Part shown: positions 18,404-26,902 of the stretch, in pieces
Position numbering within the stretch: position 1 is the stretch's first letter
Layout of the letters: every line of letters starts with the position of its first letter
NCBI GenBank assembly: GCA_902577425.1
Contig: CACGZD010000001.1
Location: forward strand, 401,513 to 465,512
Source of the DNA: an uncultured Alphaproteobacteria bacterium
GTDB taxonomy: Bacteria > Pseudomonadota > Alphaproteobacteria > HIMB59 > GCA-002718135
Length of the DNA: 64,000 nt
Direction: 5' to 3'
Program-made: the position numbers and the translations under genes
The notes under the pieces: model-generated
Databases searched by the model: none
Told to the model about the DNA's origin: nothing
Seen by the model: only the letters and a program-made list of their open reading frames with translations

Positions 18404-20989
18404 TTAAAGTAATTTTTCTAAAACTGCAAAAGGAGAATTGGGATCTTTTTTGTTATCTTTTCTTTCTTTTTTTGAAATGTTCTTTTTTAAATTAATATTA
18501 GATTTTTTAATTTTCTTCTTTTTTAGTTTGATTTTTTTATTAGGTTTTTTTGATATTTCTTTTTTATTTGATTTATAAAAAAATAATTTTTTATTTTCAG
18601 AAATACAAATACTTTCAAAACCACAATAATTTAAAATATTTTTAAGCTGATCAGAATTACATCCAACTGGATTCATCAATTCAGAAGACTCTAAAAAAGG
18701 TCCGTATTTAGCTTTTTGCCTAGCTATAAAAAAAATTCTTTCAAAAACATCTGCTCTTATTAAAAAACCATTTAAATTGATATAACCTATTGCAAACCAA
18801 TAAGATTCTGGCATGGTAAAGTTGCAAAGAAAAGAGACTCTTCCATCATTTGGTAGTGGATATAAATATTCTTCCTGAGACTCATAATACACTTTCCAAA
18901 GCAGGGCATTTAATTCCATTGGTGATTTTTTTAACAAATGTGGCATAAAAAAAAATTTAGTTCCAACCCTAATTCCTGTTTTTGATAAACTTGACCTATC
19001 CCCTTCAGATAAATTCTTTAAATTATCAGAATGCTCATATATTGACATCGTTCCAAGGCAATCAAAAACATTATAGACAATTGCTCTTGCTTCTGAAGAG
19101 ATATTAGCATCAATTTCCTCAGCTAAAGATTTTAGAGTATTGGCTATTTTATCATCAATCCAATTTTGTAATTTTGTTGTTATTGCTAATTTTTTATCCG
19201 ATTCTAATAATTCTGAATTTAAGCATTCAGCCTTTGGGGCAAATATTTTATTTCCCTTGATTAATCTACCTATAGGTTCATCACCCCAATAAATTTTAAC
19301 TTCATCATTAATTGAAAATTTATTAATATTGCCTAAATTAATAGCTATTAAAGGAGCTTTTAAAAAATTATTAATTTTGTCTTCTATCATTGTTCGTATT
19401 GATTTTTTAACATGTATTAGAGAAAATAAAGACTCAGATTTAGTTACTTTTAATTCTAAATTAAAACCATTAATATATCCATAATTTTGTCCATTTAATA
19501 TAATATTTTTATTATTATCAACTTCAACTTTTGTATCTTCACCAAGTTTTTTGTTATTAACAAAAAAACTAGCTGAAAAATCAACAAATCTTTTAGTAAG
19601 AGATTCATGTAAATTATCTGATAAATTATCCTCTATTTCTTTGGTCTTATTTTGCCAAAACTCATATTCTTTTATCCACTTTGTTTGATTAGATATATAG
19701 GTCCAAGTTCTTATATTAGAAATTTTAATTGATAATTCTTCAATCCCGCCTGAATAATTTTCTAATTTAAGTATTTTTGCTCTTAGCCAATTATCTTTTA
19801 TTACTCCATCATTATTAATCAATTCTAAAAAAATATCTTTTAATAAATTTAAATATGATTCCTTAAAAATTTTTTGAAAATCAGGAATTTGGCATACATT
19901 CCAAAGCAAATTAATAGAATAAAAATTATTTAAAAATGGTTTAATTTCTTTATCCTGAGAAAGTTCTCTAAAATTAAGTTCATCCTCTGCATTTTTTTTA
20001 TGTATAAAAAAATTTTTTATAGGAAATTTTTTGAAAGAGTTAATAACTGAATCAACAGATTGAAAATCAATTTTTGAATTTCTCCAATAAATTTTTTTTA
20101 TCAAATCAAACTTGCTGTCTTCTATTGATTTCACAATCATTGGATCTAAGTTGCCGGCAGTATTTAAACACCCAAATGTCCCATCACTTAAATGTCTGCC
20201 TGCTCTTCCTGCAATTTGACCTAATTCTGCAGGATATAGGTCACGATTATACTTTCCATCAAATTTTTGGAATGAAGAAAATGATACATGCTCGATATTT
20301 AAATTAAGTCCCATGCCAATAGCATCAGTGGCAACTAAAAAATCTACTTTTTTGTCTTCATAAATTTCGACTTGAGAATTACGTGTCCTCGGACTTAGCG
20401 AACCTAAAACAACAGCTGCTCCACCTTTATGAGCTCTTAAAGATTCAGCAATTTCATAAATTGAATTAATATTAAAAGCAATAATTGCTGAACGAGGATT
20501 AAGCTTAGATAAGTTTTTTTTATTTTCAAAAGTTAATTTGGAAAATCTTTCTCGTTTTTTAATATTAATTTTTGGAAATAAATTTATTAATATTCTTTCA
20601 ATAGTTAATGAACCTAAAAAAATCGTTTCATGCTCTCCACGCATATGAAGCAAGCGGTCAGTAAAAATATGCCCTCTTTCATAATCTGAAGCCAGTTGTA
20701 CTTCATCTATTGCTATGCATTCTGCATTAATATTTAATGGCATTGATTCAACAGTACAAAAGAAATACTTGGCTGTTTTTGGGAAAATTTTTTCCTCTCC
20801 AGTTATTAAAGCCACATTTTTATACCCTAATTTAGATACAGCTTTATCATAATTTTCCCTTGCTAATAATCTTAGTGGAAATCCAAAAATTCCAGATTTG
20901 TATGAAATAAGACGCTCAAATGCAGTATAAGTTTTGCCAGTATTAGTTGGCCCAAGAATTGCTGTTAAATTATTTTCTCTATCTTGCAC
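18404..20989 (-). CDS. SUV3-like superfamily-2 RNA helicase with a long C-terminal extension and a Lys-rich tail
   Basis: 861 aa with Walker A GPTNTGKTY, DExQ box AIDEVQL and helicase-C ATDAIGMGLNL. The N-terminal core is collinear with mitochondrial SUV3. The tail reads KKPNKKIKLKKKKIKK. Confidence 0.8.
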   Translation of the reverse strand: MQDRENNLTAILGPTNTGKTYTAFERLISYKSGIFGFPLRLLARENYDKAVSKLGYKNVALITGEEKIFPKTAKYFFCTVESMPLNINAECIAIDEVQLASDYERGHIFTDRLLHMRGEHETIFLGSLTIERILINLFPKINIKKRERFSKLTFENKKNLSKLNPRSAIIAFNINSIYEIAESLRAHKGGAAVVLGSLSPRTRNSQVEIYEDKKVDFLVATDAIGMGLNLNIEHVSFSSFQKFDGKYNRDLYPAELGQIAGRAGRHLSDGTFGCLNTAGNLDPMIVKSIEDSKFDLIKKIYWRNSKIDFQSVDSVINSFKKFPIKNFFIHKKNAEDELNFRELSQDKEIKPFLNNFYSINLLWNVCQIPDFQKIFKESYLNLLKDIFLELINNDGVIKDNWLRAKILKLENYSGGIEELSIKISNIRTWTYISNQTKWIKEYEFWQNKTKEIEDNLSDNLHESLTKRFVDFSASFFVNNKKLGEDTKVEVDNNKNIILNGQNYGYINGFNLELKVTKSESLFSLIHVKKSIRTMIEDKINNFLKAPLIAINLGNINKFSINDEVKIYWGDEPIGRLIKGNKIFAPKAECLNSELLESDKKLAITTKLQNWIDDKIANTLKSLAEEIDANISSEARAIVYNVFDCLGTMSIYEHSDNLKNLSEGDRSSLSKTGIRVGTKFFFMPHLLKKSPMELNALLWKVYYESQEEYLYPLPNDGRVSFLCNFTMPESYWFAIGYINLNGFLIRADVFERIFFIARQKAKYGPFLESSELMNPVGCNSDQLKNILNYCGFESICISENKKLFFYKSNKKEISKKPNKKIKLKKKKIKKSNINLKKNISKKERKDNKKDPNSPFAVLEKLL

Positions 20990-21000
20990 AGAAAAATTTT

Positions 21001-23646
21001 TTAAGAAGCTTTGTCAATAATTGAGTTAAGAACATACTGCAAAATGCCTCCAGCTTTAAAATATTCAAGTTCTTTTTTAGTATCTATCCTGCATCTTAAT
21101 TTTATTTTTTTTAAAGTATCTTTTTTTAATATAGTACAATCAATTATTTTGTTTGGAGTAATTTGACTAATTCCTAAAATGGAAATTTTTTCATCACCCT
21201 TAATTGACAAATTTATTCGGCTTTGACCTTCTGTAAATTCAAATGGTATTACCCCCATTCCAATTAAGTTAGATCTGTGAATTCTCTCAAATGATTCAGC
21301 TATAATAGCTCTTATTCCTAGAAGCTTTGTTCCTTTTGCTGCCCAGTCACGAGAAGAACCAGTGCCATACTCCTTGCCTGCCATTACAACTAAAGGAATA
21401 GAATGTTTTGCATATTCCATAGCGGCATCATAAATAGGCATACTTTTATTATTAATATAACAATATGTTATACCTCCTTCTATATTCTGATTAATTTCAT
21501 TTCTTATTCGTATATTGGCAAAAGTACCTCTCATCATTATTTCGTGGTTTCCTCTTCTAGATCCGTATGAATTAAAATTTTCTTTAGATATTTGTCTCTT
21601 AGAAAGATAATCTCCAGCAGGACTCTCTTCCTTTATTGCACCAGCAGGAGATATGTGATCTGTTGTTACAGAGTCTCCCAAAAGAGCTATTATTCTGGCT
21701 TCACTTATATCTTCTTTAGTATCATTATGATTAGTTGAAAAAAAAGGAGGGTGCTTGATGTATGTACTTGTTTCTCTCCATTTAAAAGTATCTTGAGATA
21801 TAGTTTTAATAGAATTCCAATGTTTATCTCCTTTATATATTTCTTTATATCTTGATAAAAAGACATCTGAAGATAAGCTTGATTGTACAATATTTTCTAT
21901 TTCTTTTGAGGTAGGCCATATATCCTTTAAAAATATTTTTTTTCCATTTATGCCAATTCCTATTGCATCATTGGCTATATCTATATTTATATTTCCAGCT
22001 AAAGCAAAAGCAACAACCAAAGGTGGTGATGCAAGATAATTAGCTTTTATTTCTTGATGCACTCTACCTTCAAAATTTCTATTTCCTGATAAGACTGAAC
22101 AAACTGATAATTGATTATTTTTAATTTCTTTTGAAATCCATTTGTCTAATGGCCCAGAATTTCCTATGCATGTTGTACAACCATATCCTACCAAATTAAA
22201 ACCAATTTTATTTAAAAATTCTGATAGCTTAGATTTTTCTAAATAATCACTTACTACTTTACTGCCAGGTGCTAAACTTGTCTTAACCCAGGGTTTTACT
22301 TTTAACCCGAGTTCAACGGCTTTCTTGGCAACAAGTCCTGCTGCAACCATAACACTTGGATTAGAAGTATTAGTACAGCTAGTAATTGCAGCGATAACTA
22401 TATCGCCAGATTGTATTTCATTTTTTTTTCTAATTAATTTTGTATTTTGTTTTGTGAAAGCAGAGAATGATTTAGAAATATCTTTTAATGAAATTTTATC
22501 TTGTGGTCTTTTTGGTCCTGCTACTACAGCTTCAACTTTATCTAAATTAAAATTTATTGATTCATCAAAATTTTGTTCGATATTCTTATCATACCAAAGT
22601 TTTTGTTTTTTTGTATAAGCCTTGACTATATCTAAATGATTTTTATCTTTTCCTGTCATATGAAGATAGTTGATGGTTTCTTGATCTGTTGGAAAAAAAC
22701 CACATGTAGCTCCATATTCGGGAGCCATATTGGAAATTGTTGCTCTGTCTGCTAATGATAAATTATCTAAACCACCACCATAAAATTCAACAAACTTTCC
22801 AACAACTCCATGCTTACGTAATTTTTCAGTAATAGTAAGGACCAAATCTGTTGCTGTTATTCCTTCTCTTAAAGAACCAGTTATATTAAAACCTAAAACT
22901 TTTGGGATGTTCATAGATATTGGTTGTCCTAGCATAGCTGCCTCAGCTTCTATACCACCTACCCCCCAACCCAAAACTGATAAAGAGTTTACCATAGTTG
23001 TATGACTATCCGTTCCAACAACAGAGTCTGGATAGATATACTGATTGTTATCAAATTTATTTAACCATACGGTTTTGGCAATATTTTCTAAATTAACCTG
23101 ATGACAAATACCAGCTCCAGGAGGAACCAAAAAAAAATTGTTAAAAGATTCTTGACCCCATTTTAAAAACTCATATCTTTCATGATTACGATTAAATTCA
23201 ATTTTTACATTTTCTTCTAAAGCTGAAGAAGTGCCAAATTTATCGACCATAACTGAATGATCTATAACCAGATCTACTCTTGAAAGAGGGTTTATATTCT
23301 TTGGATCAATATTCCTTGACTTAAGTGCATCTCTCATAGAAGCTAAGTCTGCTATAGCTGGTACCCCAGTAAAATCTTGCATTAAAACTCTAGTTGGGAA
23401 AAAAGCAATTTCAGAAGATAATTCTTTCTTTTGTATTTTATTACATAAAGATGATATCATCTCATGATTTATTGACTCGCCATCTTCATTTCTAATTAAA
23501 TTTTCTAATAAAATTTTTATACTATTTGGAATATGGGTTAGATTAAAATTAAAATAATTTGCAAGAATATTAAGGTCAAAATAAACATATTTTTGTCCAT
23601 TTATTTCCAATATTGAACGAGTTTTAAAAGTATTTTTAGATTTCAT
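21001..23646 (-). CDS. acnA: Aconitate hydratase A
   Basis: 881 aa with Fe-S ligand blocks ITSCTNTSNP and CTTCIGNSG, and a C-terminal swivel domain. Confidence 0.95.
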   Translation of the reverse strand: MKSKNTFKTRSILEINGQKYVYFDLNILANYFNFNLTHIPNSIKILLENLIRNEDGESINHEMISSLCNKIQKKELSSEIAFFPTRVLMQDFTGVPAIADLASMRDALKSRNIDPKNINPLSRVDLVIDHSVMVDKFGTSSALEENVKIEFNRNHERYEFLKWGQESFNNFFLVPPGAGICHQVNLENIAKTVWLNKFDNNQYIYPDSVVGTDSHTTMVNSLSVLGWGVGGIEAEAAMLGQPISMNIPKVLGFNITGSLREGITATDLVLTITEKLRKHGVVGKFVEFYGGGLDNLSLADRATISNMAPEYGATCGFFPTDQETINYLHMTGKDKNHLDIVKAYTKKQKLWYDKNIEQNFDESINFNLDKVEAVVAGPKRPQDKISLKDISKSFSAFTKQNTKLIRKKNEIQSGDIVIAAITSCTNTSNPSVMVAAGLVAKKAVELGLKVKPWVKTSLAPGSKVVSDYLEKSKLSEFLNKIGFNLVGYGCTTCIGNSGPLDKWISKEIKNNQLSVCSVLSGNRNFEGRVHQEIKANYLASPPLVVAFALAGNINIDIANDAIGIGINGKKIFLKDIWPTSKEIENIVQSSLSSDVFLSRYKEIYKGDKHWNSIKTISQDTFKWRETSTYIKHPPFFSTNHNDTKEDISEARIIALLGDSVTTDHISPAGAIKEESPAGDYLSKRQISKENFNSYGSRRGNHEIMMRGTFANIRIRNEINQNIEGGITYCYINNKSMPIYDAAMEYAKHSIPLVVMAGKEYGTGSSRDWAAKGTKLLGIRAIIAESFERIHRSNLIGMGVIPFEFTEGQSRINLSIKGDEKISILGISQITPNKIIDCTILKKDTLKKIKLRCRIDTKKELEYFKAGGILQYVLNSIIDKAS

Positions 23647-23788
23647 GTTAATTATAGAAAATTAAAATTCATTTGCTGTTTTATATAAATATTATGTCAA
23701 AGAGATAAAGTATATATAAAAGTTAATAAAATATAAGATTTCTGCGAAAATTTGTGTTATTTGATAAAAAAAAATTTTTTTAAAAAGT

Positions 23789-23854
23789 ATTAATCTAAAA
23801 ATTATATACTTAAATTTATAATTGATATTTTTTTAGATTAATTTTTAAAATCTA
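23789..23854. promoter_or_regulatory. Inverted-repeat set in the long acnA / K-rich-gene spacer
   Basis: ATTAATCTA (23789-23797) is the exact reverse complement of TAGATTAAT (23834-23842). A third arm, AATCTA, lies at 23849-23854. Confidence 0.25.
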
Positions 23855-23973
23855 CTATATCGTTGACATTTTCCGTAAGTTTTGGGAAAAAAAGATAGCC
23901 TTTTATGTTTATCACTTTTTTAAGTGATGATGGAGGGAGGTTCCTCCAATTAACCCAACACAAGGAGCATCAA

Positions 23974-24171
23974 ATGGCAAAGAAGAAAAAGAAGGCAGCT
24001 AAAAAAAGAAAAGCTGCACCAAGAAAAAGAAAAGCTGCACCTAAGAAAAAGAAAGCAGCTAAGAAAAAGAAAAAAGCTGCACCTAAGAAAAAGAAAAAAG
24101 CTGCACCTAAGAAAAAGAAAAAAGCAGCTAAGAAAAAAAAGAAAAAAGCAGCTAAGAAAAGAAGAAGATAG
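23974..24171 (+). CDS. 65-aa Lys/Ala-rich, histone H1 C-terminal-domain-like basic protein
   Basis: The ATG at 23974 is preceded by AAGGAG (23962-23967). The product contains only M, A, K, R and P (37 K, 6 R, 17 A, 4 P, hand count). Two hairpin terminators follow. Confidence 0.7.
   Translation: MAKKKKKAAKKRKAAPRKRKAAPKKKKAAKKKKKAAPKKKKKAAPKKKKKAAKKKKKKAAKKRRR
24076..24123 (+). repeat. Perfect 24-nt tandem duplication inside the K-rich gene
   Basis: GCTGCACCTAAGAAAAAGAAAAAA occurs at 24076-24099 and again at 24100-24123. Degenerate copies flank both sides. Confidence 0.9.
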
Positions 24172-24184
24172 TTTCTTTTTTAAT

Positions 24185-24214
24185 AGAAAGCTTAATTTAA
24201 GTTTTCTTTTTCTT
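24185..24214 (+). terminator. AU-rich hairpin plus T-run (weak intrinsic terminator)
   Basis: AGAAAGCTT (24185-24193) pairs with AAGTTTTCT (24199-24207), including one G-U pair. It is followed by TTTTCTT. Confidence 0.3.
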
Positions 24215-24240
24215 AAAAATAGAGATTTTATCTCAAATAA

Positions 24241-24264
24241 CGGGGTCTTAAGGCCCCGTTTTTT
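24241..24264 (+). terminator. Rho-independent terminator
   Basis: CGGGGTC-TTAA-GGCCCCG forms the stem-loop and is followed by TTTTTT. Confidence 0.7.
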
Positions 24265-24305
24265 ATTGTTGTCTAAGTCTGATAAAGGGATTATGGATCA
24301 AAAAA

Positions 24306-24923
24306 ATGCTTCTTGTTAATAATATTTATTTCAGTCGTCAAAGTAAAACTATTTTAAAAGATATAAATCTTTCTTTACCGCCAAAAGGAATAATACACCT
24401 AACTGGGAATAATGGTGTTGGCAAAACAACATTATTAAAAATTATATGTAAAATTTTAAACCCAGATGAAGGTGATATTTTTTGGAATGGTAAAAATATA
24501 AAAAAAAATCATTACGATTTTTGTAAAAACATAACTTTTATTATGGATAAAAATACTTCAAATGAAAATTTAACAGTATATGAAAATATAATATTTTGGA
24601 AAAATATTTTTTCATCACAAATTAAAATTAATGAAATAGACTCAATACTAAAAGTTTTAGGATTGTTGCAATATAGAAATACTTCAACGATTCATTTATC
24701 TTTTGGAGAAATTAAAAAACTAGAACTAATTAGGTTAATTATTGAACAAAAAAAACTCTGGGTTCTTGATGAACCTTTTGTAGGTCTAGATTTAAAATCA
24801 GTTGAAATAATTTTACAGACAATAACCAATCATTTAGATTTAAATGGCATGGTGATTTTTACTTCTCATACATTGCCAACTATTCCTAATATTAACACTC
24901 TAAATTTAGAAATTAATGAGTAG
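24306..24923 (+). CDS. ccmA: Heme exporter ATP-binding protein CcmA
   Basis: 205 aa with Walker A GNNGVGKTT, signature LSFGEIKK and Walker B LWVLDEP. It is the first gene of the ccm operon. Confidence 0.85.
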   Translation: MLLVNNIYFSRQSKTILKDINLSLPPKGIIHLTGNNGVGKTTLLKIICKILNPDEGDIFWNGKNIKKNHYDFCKNITFIMDKNTSNENLTVYENIIFWKNIFSSQIKINEIDSILKVLGLLQYRNTSTIHLSFGEIKKLELIRLIIEQKKLWVLDEPFVGLDLKSVEIILQTITNHLDLNGMVIFTSHTLPTIPNINTLNLEINE

Positions 24924-25596
24924 CTTAAATTCAATTTTAGGAGTTTTTTTAAGAGAGCTTAAAATACATTATAGAAGTTTTTTTAATATATTAAGTATAT
25001 TTTTATTTTTTATTCTTAGTATTATAATTTTTGTTTTTGCCATAGGTTCAAATAAGGAATTACTTAATCAAATAGGTGTAGGAATTATTTGGACAATAAT
25101 ATTATTAAGCAATACACTTTCAATAAAGAAATTTTTTCAAAATGATTTTGATGACAATAGCTTAATAATAATTCATATGAGTGGGCTTTCTTATGAAATC
25201 ATAGCTCTTATAAAAATGTTAGCTATATGGATATTTCTTCAAGCTCCTTTTTTTATAATTCTTCCTATAGCGTTTCTTTTATTAGAAATGCAATTTGATA
25301 ATTTAAAAATAGTGTATTTAAGTTTTTTAATAGGGTCAGTTATTATCACCTGTATATCTGCAATATCAGGATCTATGAATTTATTAAATAAAAGAAACTT
25401 TTCAATGGGGGGGCTTATTATTATGATTTTAAGTATTCCTGTAATAATATTTGGAGTTAATATTATTAATGTTTCAAGCAATATTGAGATTATTAAAGCA
25501 CAAATAAATATTCTTTTAGGAATTATGTTTTTTTTCCTAGCAATTTCACCTTGGGCCAGTGGATTATGCATCAAAATATCATTACAAAACAAATAA
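24916..25596 (+). CDS. ccmB: Heme exporter permease CcmB
   Basis: 226 aa with 6 TM helices. It overlaps ccmA by 8 nt and lies between ccmA and ccmC. Confidence 0.85.
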   Translation: MSSLNSILGVFLRELKIHYRSFFNILSIFLFFILSIIIFVFAIGSNKELLNQIGVGIIWTIILLSNTLSIKKFFQNDFDDNSLIIIHMSGLSYEIIALIKMLAIWIFLQAPFFIILPIAFLLLEMQFDNLKIVYLSFLIGSVIITCISAISGSMNLLNKRNFSMGGLIIMILSIPVIIFGVNIINVSSNIEIIKAQINILLGIMFFFLAISPWASGLCIKISLQNK

Positions 25597-25597
25597 T

Positions 25598-26290
25598 ATG
25601 AAGTTTTTAATTAATCCAAATCGTTTTACAAAGTTTAGCGATCTAATTTTCAAACCATTAATTTATTTAAGTTCTGTATTCTTGATAATTGGAATAGTAT
25701 TTGCTTTCTTTTTATCTCCTGATGATTATCAACAAGGTGCAACGGTTAGAATAATGTATATTCATGTTCCTGCTGCGTGGATAGCAATTTTAACTTTTTT
25801 TATAATGACGCTTTATAGTATCATTGGCTTAGCATTTAAAATTAATTTTAGTTTTATTATAAATTCAGCAATTGCTCCTATAGGGGCAGTTTTTACATTG
25901 ATATGCATAATCACTGGTTCATTGTGGGGCAAACCTATGTGGGGAACTTGGTGGGTTTGGGATGCAAGATTAACTTCTGTAGCAATTCTATTTCTTTTAT
26001 ATTTAATCATAATCTTTCTTAAAAATTCAATTACAAATATTAATGTTTCAGAAAAAATTACTGCTGTTTTGATAATAGTAGGATCTATTAATCTTCCAAT
26101 AATTAAATTTTCTGTGGATTGGTGGAATACGCTTCATCAACCAGCAAGTATAAGCAAGTTATCTTCACCTTCTATTGATCCGAGTATGTTAAGACCTCTA
26201 GTTATTATGACTATTGCATTTATGCTTTTGGCTATAGTAATTGGTATTATTAGAATTAAAGCGGAGATACTTAAGAGAAAACTTAGATAA
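25598..26290 (+). CDS. ccmC: Heme exporter protein CcmC
   Basis: It has the WWD motif WGTWWVWDARLT. I prefer the ATG at 25598 (MKFLINP), 1 nt after the ccmB stop, over the upstream start of the track ORF. Confidence 0.9.
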   Translation: MKFLINPNRFTKFSDLIFKPLIYLSSVFLIIGIVFAFFLSPDDYQQGATVRIMYIHVPAAWIAILTFFIMTLYSIIGLAFKINFSFIINSAIAPIGAVFTLICIITGSLWGKPMWGTWWVWDARLTSVAILFLLYLIIIFLKNSITNINVSEKITAVLIIVGSINLPIIKFSVDWWNTLHQPASISKLSSPSIDPSMLRPLVIMTIAFMLLAIVIGIIRIKAEILKRKLR

Positions 26291-26355
26291 TTTTGATGAG
26301 ACGATCGGTCATCTAAGTATTATTACATTATATAATTTTTTTGTTAAAAGAGCTT

Positions 26356-26454
26356 ATGTATTTTTGGTATATTTTCTTTGCTTATCTAATAAGCTTTGCT
26401 TTACTTTTTTTACTTTTAGTTCAATCATATTTAAAACTTAAAAAACTTAAATAA
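26356..26454 (+). CDS. ccmD: Probable heme exporter protein CcmD (32-aa single-pass membrane peptide)
   Basis: This ORF is absent from the track because it is below the size cutoff. ATG 26356 to TAA 26452-26454 gives MYFWYIFFAYLISFALLFLLLVQSYLKLKKLK. It has one TM helix and a basic tail, and sits exactly in the ccmC-ccmE slot. Confidence 0.5.
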   Translation: MYFWYIFFAYLISFALLFLLLVQSYLKLKKLK

Positions 26455-26461
26455 AATAATA

Positions 26462-26902
26462 ATGTCCTTAAGATTTCAAAGATTATTACTTATATTCTTA
26501 TCATTGATTTTTTTAACAGCTTCAATTTTTCTTATTCTTTTTAATTCAAAAAAAAATTTAATTTTTTTTTATACCCCTTCAGAATTGCTAAATTCAAAAA
26601 CTCAAATTAATGACACAATTCGCATTGGAGGAATTGTAAAAAAAGATTCTTTAAAAAATATCGAAGATAATAAATATGTTTTTATTATCCAGGATAATAA
26701 TAATTATGTAAGAGTTAGTTACACAGGTATATTGCCTGATTTATTTAGAGAAGAACAAGGGGTAGTAGTACAAGGAAAATTAATAAAAATTGATAAGATA
26801 AAAGCTGACAGAGTTTTTGCTAAACATGACGAGAACTATATGCCTACATCTATTAAAAAACAGCTTGAAAAAAATAAATATTGGAACAAAAGCTATCAAT
26901 GA
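26462..26902 (+). CDS. ccmE: Cytochrome c-type biogenesis heme chaperone CcmE
   Basis: 146 aa with an N-terminal anchor and the heme-binding His motif AKHDENYMP. Confidence 0.9.
   Translation: MSLRFQRLLLIFLSLIFLTASIFLILFNSKKNLIFFYTPSELLNSKTQINDTIRIGGIVKKDSLKNIEDNKYVFIIQDNNNYVRVSYTGILPDLFREEQGVVVQGKLIKIDKIKADRVFAKHDENYMPTSIKKQLEKNKYWNKSYQ

Noticed and set aside
23905-23973. An N-terminal extension (MFITFLSDDGGRFLQLTQHKEHQ) of the K-rich ORF, as given in the ORF track
   Set aside because: The extension has no RBS and would run through the 23911-23928 hairpin. The internal ATG at 23974 sits 6 nt after a perfect AAGGAG. I therefore call the shorter 65-aa product.
24031-24171. Periodic repeats in the K-rich gene as a CRISPR-like or minisatellite element
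   Set aside because: The repeats are in frame, contiguous and without spacers, and they encode the KKAAP/KKAAK periodicity of a protein. This is not CRISPR architecture.
26241-26441. A 66-aa track ORF spanning the ccmC 3' end and the ccmC-ccmE gap
   Set aside because: It overlaps ccmC in another frame and its product has no membrane-peptide character. The 32-codon frame at 26356-26454 fits CcmD better.
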